DNA of 64,000 nucleotides from Clostridia bacterium (GTDB lineage: Bacteria > Bacillota > Clostridia > Oscillospirales > CAG-272). Location of the stretch: contig JAGBFG010000012.1 in the NCBI GenBank assembly GCA_017936565.1, positions 2,254 to 66,253 on the forward strand. Direction: 5' to 3'. Below the pieces are notes generated by a model, which saw nothing but the letters and a program-made list of their open reading frames with translations, was not told the DNA's origin and did not search any database. The position numbers and the translations under genes are program-made. Every line of letters starts with the position of its first letter. The stretch's first letter is position 1. Below are positions 56,188 to 64,000 of the stretch, piece by piece.

Positions 56188-56250
56188 GCAGGACGCAAGG
56201 TTGCGAAGAAATATGCCAAGGGTTACACCCTTGGTCAGAGGGCAAGTCTG

Positions 56251-56294
56251 AGAGAAGCAAGGTTAAAGCCTTGCTTCTCTTGCGCCCACTGCCA
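56251..56294 (+). other. tRNA 3'-half-like fragment (T-arm-like hairpin plus acceptor-CCA copy)
   Basis: gagaagcaagg-ttaaag-ccttgcttctc then ttgcgcccactgcca, compared with authentic tRNA-Trp 3' end ttgcgcccctgcca. Confidence 0.55.
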
Positions 56295-56336
56295 AAAATC
56301 GACAAGTTTCGACAGAAGCTTGTCGATTTTTACTTT

Positions 56337-56371
56337 TTCACTCTTCACTCTTCACTTTTCACTCTTCTCAT
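56337..56371 (+). repeat. Tandem heptad TTCACTC x4-5
   Basis: ttcactc 56337, 56344, ttcactt 56351, ttcactc 56358, ttctcat 56365; inverted gtgaa copies at 56396-56417. Confidence 0.7.
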
Positions 56372-56546
56372 ACGAAACTTGTCGATAGGGAATAGGTAAA
56401 AGTGAATAGTGAAATGGGGCTGATGTTGCTTTTCTCCTTTTAGTCGAAAAGCATTTATTTATATGTGGGTTCAAATCCATATCAAAACTACGAAAAATAT
56501 TTTTTTTGTCGCCCCTTCCAAACCAAAAGCAAGCCGAATATTTCAC

Positions 56547-56575
56547 TTGAAAGATTAACGCTTTTATGCTATAAT
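56547..56575 (+). promoter_or_regulatory. Promoter of the TIR-domain gene
   Basis: TTGAAA 56547-56552, 17-nt spacer, TGcTATAAT (-10 at 56570-56575). Confidence 0.65.
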
Positions 56576-56606
56576 AGCAAGCGAAAGAAATCAGGAGGGC
56601 AAGTAG

Positions 56607-57671
56607 ATGTCTGCTTATTTGGGCTTTGAGCCTACGAAAAATCCTATTTATTATTTTGTCAGCTACAACAACGAGGATGTCGAGCGCGTGGGAAGCATTG
56701 CGAAGACGATGTCGTATTCCGGTATTCATTTATGGTATGACCACGGGATTGAATACGGTGATAACTGGGAAACCATTATCGCGGAAAGAATCCAGAACGC
56801 GCAAGCCATCGTTTTGTTTTTTACAAAAGGTATTTTACAAAAGAGCCATTCCTACGTCCAAAAGGAATATAAAATGGCAACGCAATTTTACAACAAAAAA
56901 ATATATATCGTGATGCTTGACAGGATAGCAAACGAGGATGTTCCCGTAGACAAGGTATCCTGGTGGATTGACATCAACGAAAAACAGTGCATTGACGGTT
57001 TCAAGCACACGAGTGTTCCCTCTTTGGTGGAGGATTTTGCCCGCGCTCTTGGCATTCAGACGCACGAGGACAAAATGAACAAGGCGATTGAGCAGTACAA
57101 CGAGCTTTACCACGGCGGCAGAATTGCCGAGGCGGAAAGATGCTTATCCGAGTATTTACACGGCGTTTCCTTGTGGGGAAAGGTGCGACTGTTAAGCAAC
57201 ATTGTCCGCCAAAAAATGCCGGGCACGACGATTATTTCTCCCGCAAGGAAGGTAGAGGAAAAGCTGCAAAAGCCCTTATACACGCATATGAAGGAGCCGA
57301 AATACCAGTTCTTTGACTGCAAGCAGATTACCATAGAAAATGACGTATACACGGTTGCCAATGAATATTTGTTCCACCGCGGAGACAGAGGAGACGCGCA
57401 TATTATTTGGATATGGAAAAACGACGAGCTTATTCATACGGTAGGGGGACTTGTTGAGGCGACGGATTTAGGGGTCTATTGGGACTCGCAGGACCGCATT
57501 CTTTACGTTTCATACACCTCGGAAAGAGAAAGAGTCACCGATACTTACCAATATATCGGCAGCGATATTTTACCGGGTATCACAACGGTGGAGCTTTCGG
57601 GCGAAGAAATCGTTTGTACGAATTTTGATTTTTCTGAAAACAAGAGTTATCAATCAATAAAAAAAGGATAA
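56607..57671 (+). CDS. TIR-domain protein with ~210-aa C-terminal domain of unknown function
   Basis: YYFVSYNNEDVERV...HLWYDHGIEYGDNWETIIAERIQNAQAIVLFFTKG...SHSYVQKEYKMA fits TIR_2; candidate catalytic Glu87 at 56865-56867; RBS GGAGG. Confidence 0.8.
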   Translation: MSAYLGFEPTKNPIYYFVSYNNEDVERVGSIAKTMSYSGIHLWYDHGIEYGDNWETIIAERIQNAQAIVLFFTKGILQKSHSYVQKEYKMATQFYNKKIYIVMLDRIANEDVPVDKVSWWIDINEKQCIDGFKHTSVPSLVEDFARALGIQTHEDKMNKAIEQYNELYHGGRIAEAERCLSEYLHGVSLWGKVRLLSNIVRQKMPGTTIISPARKVEEKLQKPLYTHMKEPKYQFFDCKQITIENDVYTVANEYLFHRGDRGDAHIIWIWKNDELIHTVGGLVEATDLGVYWDSQDRILYVSYTSERERVTDTYQYIGSDILPGITTVELSGEEIVCTNFDFSENKSYQSIKKG

Positions 57672-57683
57672 AAGTAAGAGATT

Positions 57684-58709
57684 ATGAAGGCTAACGTAAA
57701 AGAAAAGGGGTTGTTTATACTGGGGCTTGCGATTTGCTTCGCTCTTGCTGCGGTATCTGTTTTTTTGGAGAGCCTGATTCCCCAAGGGTTTCTTGGCGCT
57801 TCTATAATCGCTTTGTTTTTGGGCGCTGTCATAAACAGCTTTTTTCACCCGATTTGGATAAAGCCATCGCTCAAATTCGCTTCCAAAAGGATTTTGAAGG
57901 TAGCCATTATACTTCTTGGCGCTTCCCTGTCCATTAACACTGTTATGTCTGTTGGCAAAATGACCTTTTTCGTGATGGTGTTCACGTTTGCTATGTGCTT
58001 TGGCGGCGGTTTTTTCGTTCGTAAGCTCTTCGGCTTGAACTGGAAGCTTGGCAACCTTATTTCCGCGGGAACGGGAATTTGCGGCGGTTCTGCTATCGCC
58101 GCTATTGCGCCTGTCATTGACGCGGACGATAAGGATATTGCCTTTGCTCTTTCCTCTACGTTTCTCTTTGATATGGTGATGATTGCCCTCTATCCTCTTA
58201 TGGGACAGGCGCTTGGTATGTCTGACATTGCTTACGGTATTTGGGCGGGAACGTCCGTCAATGATACTGCGAGTGTCGTTGCCTCGGGATATGCCTTTTC
58301 CGAAATCGCGGGCGATTTTGCGACGATGGTTAAGCTGACCCGCACCATTGCCATTATTCCTACGGTATTGGTTTTTGCTTTTATCGGTACTCGGTTAAAG
58401 CAAAAGGAGCTGAAGGAAGCCAACCAAGGAAAAAGGGTGAATGTAGTCAAGATTATTCCTTGGTTTATATGCGGCTTTCTGCTATTGGCAATCTTAAACA
58501 GCATAGGCGGCATCCCCCAAGCAGCCTCGGGTATTATCAAGGACACCAGCAAGTTTCTGATGGTTACCGCCTTGGCGGCTATCGGCTTAGGAACAAGCCT
58601 TCTTGATTTCAAGAAGGCGGGGCTAAGACCTATGTTCTATGGAATCGTGATTGATACGCTTGTGACCTTGACCGCGCTTGGCGTTATCTGGTGCATGGGC
58701 TTGATGTAA
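57684..58709 (+). CDS. yeiH: YeiH/UPF0324 family membrane protein (putative sulfate exporter family)
   Basis: Polytopic protein with SAGTGICGGSAIAA and GIWAGTSVNDT motifs. Confidence 0.8.
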   Translation: MKANVKEKGLFILGLAICFALAAVSVFLESLIPQGFLGASIIALFLGAVINSFFHPIWIKPSLKFASKRILKVAIILLGASLSINTVMSVGKMTFFVMVFTFAMCFGGGFFVRKLFGLNWKLGNLISAGTGICGGSAIAAIAPVIDADDKDIAFALSSTFLFDMVMIALYPLMGQALGMSDIAYGIWAGTSVNDTASVVASGYAFSEIAGDFATMVKLTRTIAIIPTVLVFAFIGTRLKQKELKEANQGKRVNVVKIIPWFICGFLLLAILNSIGGIPQAASGIIKDTSKFLMVTALAAIGLGTSLLDFKKAGLRPMFYGIVIDTLVTLTALGVIWCMGLM

Positions 58710-58850
58710 AATCATCTCAAAGCACAAGAAAACAGGCGGGTTTCTATTGACATTGCCCTACCTTTATGCTATAATGTTTCACGATAAGCGTAGCAGAAAA
58801 ACGACAAAAATTCTGCCAAAACAAGTCCATACATAACAGGAGCTTTTACT

Positions 58851-60359
58851 ATGAAAATCTTAAACGTGATGAACTTTGTCAGACAGTGTGAGCCTCGTAA
58901 GGAAGGTGTTGACCACCTGCTTTTCAACACCACCAAGGCGGAGCTTGAAATCGTCAATGAATACAAGATTGACAACACATTTTTGCTTCAATACGACGTT
59001 TTATGTGACGAAAAATACATCAAGCTTTTCAAGGAAAACGCAACCTCACAAACCGAGCTTGGTCTTTGGTATGAGATTGTAGAGCCCTTGACGACGGCGT
59101 GCGGTATGCCCTACAACAGCAAAGAGGGCTGGTCCTGGGACTGGCACATCATTCCCGGCTTTTCTATGGGCTATTCCGTGGAAGAAAGAGAAAAACTCAT
59201 TGATGAGGCAATGAGAAAATTCAAAGAGGCATTCGGCTACTATCCCGCAACGGTGGGAAGCTGGCTGATTGACACGCACACCATCAACTATCTGGTCGAG
59301 CATTATCATATTGAAGCCTTGTGCTGCTGCCGCGACCAAGTGAGCACGGACGCCTACACCCTCTTGGGCGGGTATTTCAATCAGGCTTACTACCCTTCCA
59401 AAAACAACGTATTCACGCCCGCGCAAACCCAAGAATGCAGAATAAACGTTCCGATGTTCCGTCTTTTAGGCCCCTCTCCCATACAAAACTACGACAACAA
59501 GAAATATCTCTCCGAAACGAGCCGAAAAATTGGCGGCTGTTGGACGATGGAGCTTTTCTGGTATTCAGGATACACCCCTGAGATTGTGGATTGGTTTTTT
59601 GAAAGCTATTACAAGAACGAGGATCTCGGCTTTTCCTACTGTCAAATCGGTCAGGAAAACAGCTTTGGCGCGTCAAGAGACCTGTCAAAGGCTCTCCGTA
59701 TGCAATTAGACAAGGCTGTGGCTTTAGACGGTGTAACCTTCCAGAAAATGAAGGATACGGGCAAATGGTTCAAGGAAACCTACAAGGACAAGACGCCCGC
59801 GACCTCCGTTGCGGCTTTGAGAAACTGGGATACGGTAGACGCGCAATCCGTTTACTATGATTGCCAGAACTACACCGCAAACATTTTCCGTCACAACAAC
59901 CAGATTTTCATTCGCGCCCTTTACCTGTTCGACGAGCGTGTAAAGGACCGATATTTAACCGAAAAATGCACCCGCTTTGACGCTCTTTACACCAACCTGC
60001 CAATTGTGGACACCGTGCTTGCCACGCCCGAAAAGAAGGAAGACATCGGTCTTCTCTTGGACGGCGACGCCACAGCCTTTACCGCGGAAAAAACAGCCGA
60101 GGGTGTTTTGGCTGTCAAATGGGGTGACAAGTCCGTTATTTTCTCGGAAGAGGGGATAACCGTTTGCGGTGTGGATACGCTGACCTGGTTCAAGGAGAGC
60201 CTGCAAGGTGAGGTATCCTTGCAAGATGGCGTTTTCCGCTTCTGCTACGAAGGAAACGCATATAGCTTTGTCTGCGAGGGCGGCATTGTTAAGGAAACGG
60301 AAGACGCCTATGTGATTGAAAAAGACGGAAAGGACATTGCATTTTCCTTCATTCGATAA
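58851..60359 (+). CDS. Hypothetical cytoplasmic protein (502 aa), possibly carbohydrate-active
   Basis: Strong consensus promoter at 58747-58775 and a good RBS; no family recognised with confidence. Confidence 0.5.
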   Translation: MKILNVMNFVRQCEPRKEGVDHLLFNTTKAELEIVNEYKIDNTFLLQYDVLCDEKYIKLFKENATSQTELGLWYEIVEPLTTACGMPYNSKEGWSWDWHIIPGFSMGYSVEEREKLIDEAMRKFKEAFGYYPATVGSWLIDTHTINYLVEHYHIEALCCCRDQVSTDAYTLLGGYFNQAYYPSKNNVFTPAQTQECRINVPMFRLLGPSPIQNYDNKKYLSETSRKIGGCWTMELFWYSGYTPEIVDWFFESYYKNEDLGFSYCQIGQENSFGASRDLSKALRMQLDKAVALDGVTFQKMKDTGKWFKETYKDKTPATSVAALRNWDTVDAQSVYYDCQNYTANIFRHNNQIFIRALYLFDERVKDRYLTEKCTRFDALYTNLPIVDTVLATPEKKEDIGLLLDGDATAFTAEKTAEGVLAVKWGDKSVIFSEEGITVCGVDTLTWFKESLQGEVSLQDGVFRFCYEGNAYSFVCEGGIVKETEDAYVIEKDGKDIAFSFIR

Positions 60360-60526
60360 GCACTTCTTTTGAAAAAAGGGGTTTTATCCGCAAAATGAAC
60401 AAAAACAGGTTTCTTCTTTTGGCGTTATTGACAAATTTGTTTTTTGCTCTTGACAGGCCTTGATTGATATGATATACTATATACGTTAAAGAATGAAAAT
60501 TACCGCTTTTATATGTGAGGTATATT

Positions 60527-60742
60527 ATGAAAAAGAAATTGCTTGCTTTTTTGGTTGTTGCTTTGGTTTTGTCCTCTTGCCTGTTTGCCTTTGCTTCCTG
60601 CAATGCTAACTTGGACGTGGACGAAAAAATGCCCGAAAACGGAGATGGCTCTTCTATCGTTGTCACCCCCGGGCTCGGTTCTGATGAGGACCCTGAGAAG
60701 AGCCAGGAAGAAAACGGCTGGTTCCTTGACTGGTTGTTCTGA
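60527..60742 (+). CDS. Small acidic lipoprotein
   Basis: MKKKLLAFLVVALVLSSCLFAFASC signal/lipobox. Confidence 0.6.
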   Translation: MKKKLLAFLVVALVLSSCLFAFASCNANLDVDEKMPENGDGSSIVVTPGLGSDEDPEKSQEENGWFLDWLF

Positions 60743-60852
60743 TAAAAATCCTATACGTATGCTTTGACAAGGGGGCCCTTTTGCCCCCTTTGTTTTCTTT
60801 TTGAAAAAATAGAGTGTCTATGCCGCTTTGGCATAGCAAAATGGAGCTTTTT

Positions 60853-61362
60853 ATGCGAAAACAAATCAAAAAAGATGCTCTGCCAGAAGGAAAATCGCAG
60901 CACGTTTCCTTGGCTGACCTGCTGCCCTTAATGGAAGAGGTCATAAAAGCGGGAAAGACCTTCCGTCTTTTTCCTATGGGAAACAGCATGCGCCCTTTAT
61001 TGCGCGAGGGAAAGGACTCTGTTCTTTTGGTATATATCTCTCCCCAAGACGTTCAAGGGAATGATATGATTTTATATCGCCGGGAGGACGGGGCTTTCGT
61101 GCTTCATCGGGTGGTGGCTGTGGAAAAGGACGGTACGCTGACTCTGCGCGGGGACAGTCAATACTACAACGAAACGGGCATTTCAAAAGAACAGGTGATT
61201 GCCTTGGTGCAAGGCTTTTACCGCGGCGGCAAATATCACGATTGTGAAAGCTCCCTTTATTATCGGTTTTACCTCTTTCGCCGCCGTCTTTCTTATCCGC
61301 TTCGCCGTTTTTCCTTCCGCGTTTCATCCTTTTTGCGCCGCAGGCTGACAAAAAGGCGCTAA
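60853..61362 (+). CDS. S24/S26-family (signal peptidase I/LexA-like) serine peptidase with strongly basic C-terminal tail
   Basis: MGNSMRP nucleophile motif, LHRVV, RGD; ATG 60853 lies 6 nt after GGAG. Confidence 0.7.
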   Translation: MRKQIKKDALPEGKSQHVSLADLLPLMEEVIKAGKTFRLFPMGNSMRPLLREGKDSVLLVYISPQDVQGNDMILYRREDGAFVLHRVVAVEKDGTLTLRGDSQYYNETGISKEQVIALVQGFYRGGKYHDCESSLYYRFYLFRRRLSYPLRRFSFRVSSFLRRRLTKRR

Positions 61363-61398
61363 AAGCATTTTTCCTTTTCTGAAAGGCTTGGTGATTTT

Positions 61399-61620
61399 AT
61401 GGAAAAAAATGAACAGCAAAAAAAGGGGCTTGCTCAAAAAAGCGCCCCTACCAACTGCGACTCTTGCTATCATTTTGTCTATGACGAGGATTACGGCGAA
61501 TACGCCTGCGAGGTTAATTTGGACGAGGACGAGATGCTTCTCTACTCGATGAAATCCTTTCGCGCCTGTCCTTATTATCAGTACAACGATGAATACATCA
61601 GCGTAAGAAAGCAAAATTGA
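61399..61620 (+). CDS. Small acidic Cys-containing (CxxC...C...C) protein, conserved hypothetical
   Basis: TNCDSCYHFVYDEDYGEYACEVNLDEDE...FRACPYYQ. Confidence 0.6.
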   Translation: MEKNEQQKKGLAQKSAPTNCDSCYHFVYDEDYGEYACEVNLDEDEMLLYSMKSFRACPYYQYNDEYISVRKQN

Positions 61621-61685
61621 TTTTTGCTTAAAAGAAAAATCTCTCAGCATCACCCGCGATAATGTCGGGGAACTGAGAGATTTTT

Positions 61686-63260
61686 TTATTTTTGCGGAAG
61701 CGTGTAGGTGTTGTTCTCGAAGATATACTTTGTTACCTCATCTAAATGATAAGAATACGAGACCATCCAACGCAAATAGGCTTCTCCTCCCTGGTCGGCG
61801 AACAGCTCCACGTATTCTTCCTTGCTGATGCCGTTATGTTCCGCGGCAAACGCTAAGTTGTCCTGATAAAGCTTTTCGTTTTCCTCTTCGGTCATACGAA
61901 GACCTACCTCTTGCGCGATGGCAAAAAGCAAAATGCGCGTGGCTATTTGCCCTTCCGCATACTCCGCGGCAAAATCGTGCAAGGATGAATATTGGTTGTT
62001 TGTGACATAGACAATATATTCATCTATATTGGCGTAGGGGAAAGCTATCCCCGCGCTCTCGGCTTCCGCACGTGCTGCTCCGTAATCTTCCCTTTCCACA
62101 GCACAAATATCGTCGTAATAGGAATTATATTCCTCTATGGGAATATGCTTTACCTTGTCTTGCAGGGATTCCAAAAGCGTAAACAGCAGTTCCTGCTTGA
62201 TTGCTTTATAGGCTTCCTCGTCAAGCTGCGCCTTCATTGCCTCTATGGCTTCGGCATAGAGGGCTTCGCTGTTTGTGGTTTCGGATTTGAAATTCTTGAT
62301 GATGCGCTGATAAAAGTCAAGATTCAAGGCGGGAACCTGCGCATTCAGATAATCCTCCACGAAGAAACGCAAATAAACCGTTTTGCCGTTGAGAGAAAAC
62401 CACGTTTCCCCTTCTTGCTGTTTAAAAAAGTCCTCGGGAACGGTGATGGGAACTGTCACAAGGGACTCCTCAGCCACCCAGTTGACTGTGACGGTGTAGG
62501 TAATGTCCATTTCGGTTCCGCCGCGACTGCCCGTGACGGTATGGGTAAAGATGTCCCCCACCTGCTTGCCTATTAAGGCATCAGCCAAGCCTTCAACGGC
62601 TGTATTGGTGGATGAGCCGTCGGGTATATGATGAACGGTATCATACCTTAAATGAACCGCCTTTGGACCTGTCGTTCCGTCTGCCCATTGGCTTGTAAAG
62701 GAAATACGCACCACCTCGCCCTTGGCAACGATACCATCAAAGCGGCGCGAAACAGGCTCTTGATTGGAAACAGCGTCGGAAACCTCTTTCAAATAGAAGA
62801 AATCAGGGGTGCTACTCCGCCATCCCTCAGGAAATTCGTAATAGCCGATGTCTATCGGCAGGCTATTACCATACAAATTGGACGCTATACATTCTCCCGT
62901 TTCGGTGGTTGCCAATTCGTAGTAAATATAAGCGGCATCCGAAAAATCAGGCTTTCCCGCATAGAAACGCTTTAATACCGAATTCCCGTTGATGTCGCTT
63001 TCTGTGGTGAATTCCGAATAATAAATTTGATAATACCGCAGCTTTTTAGCAGCCTCTTCATCGGTGGTAAAGGTATACTCCCCGGCCAGCGCCAAGCTCT
63101 TCCCTGTGAAATCGGAAAGAGAAAGAGAGGCATATTTTTTCATATCCGTTGTGACGTAGCTGAAATGCTTATCGCTACGAAATCTGCCACAAGCGCATAA
63201 GGAAACAAGCATAGACACCGTAAGTGCCCATACAGCGATATATTTGATTGCTTTTTTCAT
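61686..63260 (-). CDS. Lipoprotein with FKBP/trigger-factor-like (foldase-like) features
   Basis: Lipobox LVSLCAC; central G-x-V-x-I-x-F...G-x-x-V-G-D segment and helical C-terminus reminiscent of the trigger factor/SurA chaperone domain; ATG overlaps the upstream stop (TGATG). Confidence 0.5.
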   Translation of the reverse strand: MKKAIKYIAVWALTVSMLVSLCACGRFRSDKHFSYVTTDMKKYASLSLSDFTGKSLALAGEYTFTTDEEAAKKLRYYQIYYSEFTTESDINGNSVLKRFYAGKPDFSDAAYIYYELATTETGECIASNLYGNSLPIDIGYYEFPEGWRSSTPDFFYLKEVSDAVSNQEPVSRRFDGIVAKGEVVRISFTSQWADGTTGPKAVHLRYDTVHHIPDGSSTNTAVEGLADALIGKQVGDIFTHTVTGSRGGTEMDITYTVTVNWVAEESLVTVPITVPEDFFKQQEGETWFSLNGKTVYLRFFVEDYLNAQVPALNLDFYQRIIKNFKSETTNSEALYAEAIEAMKAQLDEEAYKAIKQELLFTLLESLQDKVKHIPIEEYNSYYDDICAVEREDYGAARAEAESAGIAFPYANIDEYIVYVTNNQYSSLHDFAAEYAEGQIATRILLFAIAQEVGLRMTEEENEKLYQDNLAFAAEHNGISKEEYVELFADQGGEAYLRWMVSYSYHLDEVTKYIFENNTYTLPQK

Positions 63261-63556
63261 CAGAGTAAATAGTAGGGCAGCTCTTCCGTCAAACGAATGG
63301 CGGGAATTTTTGCCGCTTCTTTCTTTTCAATTTTTGCCGCGGGCTCTGCCTTTTTCTCGGTGGGCTTTTTAGCGGCAGGCTTTTTCGTTGCGGGCTTTTT
63401 CGTTACAGGAGCCTTTGCGGATTTGGCGGCAGGCTTTTTGGGCGCTTCCGTCTTGACCTCTGCCTTCACCTCTACCTTGGCTTCTGCTTTTACTTCCTTT
63501 TTCGCTTCGGTCTTTTTACCCGAAACACGTTGAATGCTTGCTTTACCGACTGACAT
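63260..63556 (-). CDS. Small Lys/Ala/Pro-rich protein with conserved-looking C-terminal IPAIRLTEELPYYLL
   Basis: Start overlaps the parA-like stop by 14 nt; stop overlaps the lipoprotein start. Confidence 0.6.
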   Translation of the reverse strand: MSVGKASIQRVSGKKTEAKKEVKAEAKVEVKAEVKTEAPKKPAAKSAKAPVTKKPATKKPAAKKPTEKKAEPAAKIEKKEAAKIPAIRLTEELPYYLL

Positions 63557-64000
63557 AATCCAAAATCTCCTTTGCTAATGCGTAATATTCCTTGGCGCTT
63601 CTGCTGGCGCCCTTATAGGCAAGTACAGGTTGGGAACGGTCCTGCGACCACTCAATCGAGCTATCAACACGGATGTACTGCGAGAAAAGATGGACGTTTT
63701 CAAGCTCGCCCAAGGTTTCAAGCGTTTGCTTGAAGTAATTTTTTCTTTCGTCCGCCTTGGTCACGGCAATGCCAAGGGTTTGCAGGGTGGGGGAAATCTG
63801 CTTGACCTGGTCCATAAATTCAAACAGGTTGGCAAGACCGAAAAGCCCCCAAGGGCTTGCCTCTACGGGAATTAACACGTAATCCGAGGCGCACAGAATA
63901 TTCATCACCCAACCGCCAAGGGTGGGGGGAGAATCCAAAAGAATAAAATCATATTTACCCGACGCCTTCACTCTTTCCAAGCATTTGCGCAGGATAAATT
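63543..64000 (-). CDS. ParA/MinD-family ATPase; N-terminus lies outside window
   Basis: YDFILLDSPPTLG Walker B-region motif; frame open to base 64000. Confidence 0.85.
   Translation of the reverse strand, partial: FILRKCLERVKASGKYDFILLDSPPTLGGWVMNILCASDYVLIPVEASPWGLFGLANLFEFMDQVKQISPTLQTLGIAVTKADERKNYFKQTLETLGELENVHLFSQYIRVDSSIEWSQDRSQPVLAYKGASRSAKEYYALAKEILDYVSR

Noticed and set aside
63297-63533. 78-aa hydrophobic + strand ORF opposite the Lys-rich gene
   Set aside because: It is the mirror-image translation of a low-complexity region. The minus-strand ORF is favoured by start/stop coupling with both neighbours, although the low complexity makes this call only moderate.

Overview
The window is a roughly 50% GC chromosomal segment that looks like a Clostridia-type Firmicute, judged from canonical TTGACA-17-TATAAT promoters, GGAG ribosome-binding sites, Rnf, a spore-coat CotF-like gene and MecA. 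All calls come from reading the sequence and from remembered family motifs; no searches were run.

Most of the window is housekeeping:
- Central metabolism and transport: a 5'-truncated GH4 glycosidase; a Na+-translocating biotin decarboxylase operon (gamma, biotin carrier, beta, carboxyltransferase) plus a sugar-phosphate isomerase; and a guanine-type purine riboswitch driving xpt and a BMP-family nucleoside ABC transporter.
- Other housekeeping genes: nitroreductase, ung, malQ, mgsA, an FAD oxidoreductase and an M29 aminopeptidase.
- Stable RNAs: tmRNA (ssrA), tRNA-Leu(GAG) and tRNA-Trp(CCA).
- Chromosome-associated genes: an orphan ParB-like gene and a frameshifted addB with no adjacent addA.
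- Redox and cofactor genes: a B12-radical SAM gene, a SufBD/SufC-like pair, and rnfCDGEAB preceded by ApbE, a NusG-II protein and a Gx transporter.
- Translation genes: T-box-controlled thrS, the glyQS-mtaB-tyrS operon, the nif3-trmK-DUF1858 genes, and a prfB without the programmed frameshift.
- The remainder: mecA, an ECF-S component, yeiH, and a ParA-like operon running off the right edge.

Accessory DNA is confined to small AT-rich islets:
- 26.7-30.5 kb, abutting tRNA-Leu. This is the strongest candidate for something new. It holds a translationally coupled N6-adenine methyltransferase and putative endonuclease, a separately transcribed DUF3644-like protein with an Rx4H (HEPN-like) motif, and a truncated TIR gene at the islet edge. 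No recombinase is present.
- 56.6-57.7 kb. A full-length TIR-domain protein sits just downstream of tRNA-Trp, which is followed by tRNA-like scar fragments.
- 54.4-55.3 kb. A SLOG/DUF1273-like gene is paired with an XRE repressor and a perfect 24-bp palindromic operator.
- 1.3-1.9 kb. An AbrB-like and XRE gene pair is followed by an unusual array of four hairpins with conserved GATGAA junctions.

Two genes, the PAP2 phosphatase and addB, need a 1-nt frame correction. This is either real decay or assembly indels.
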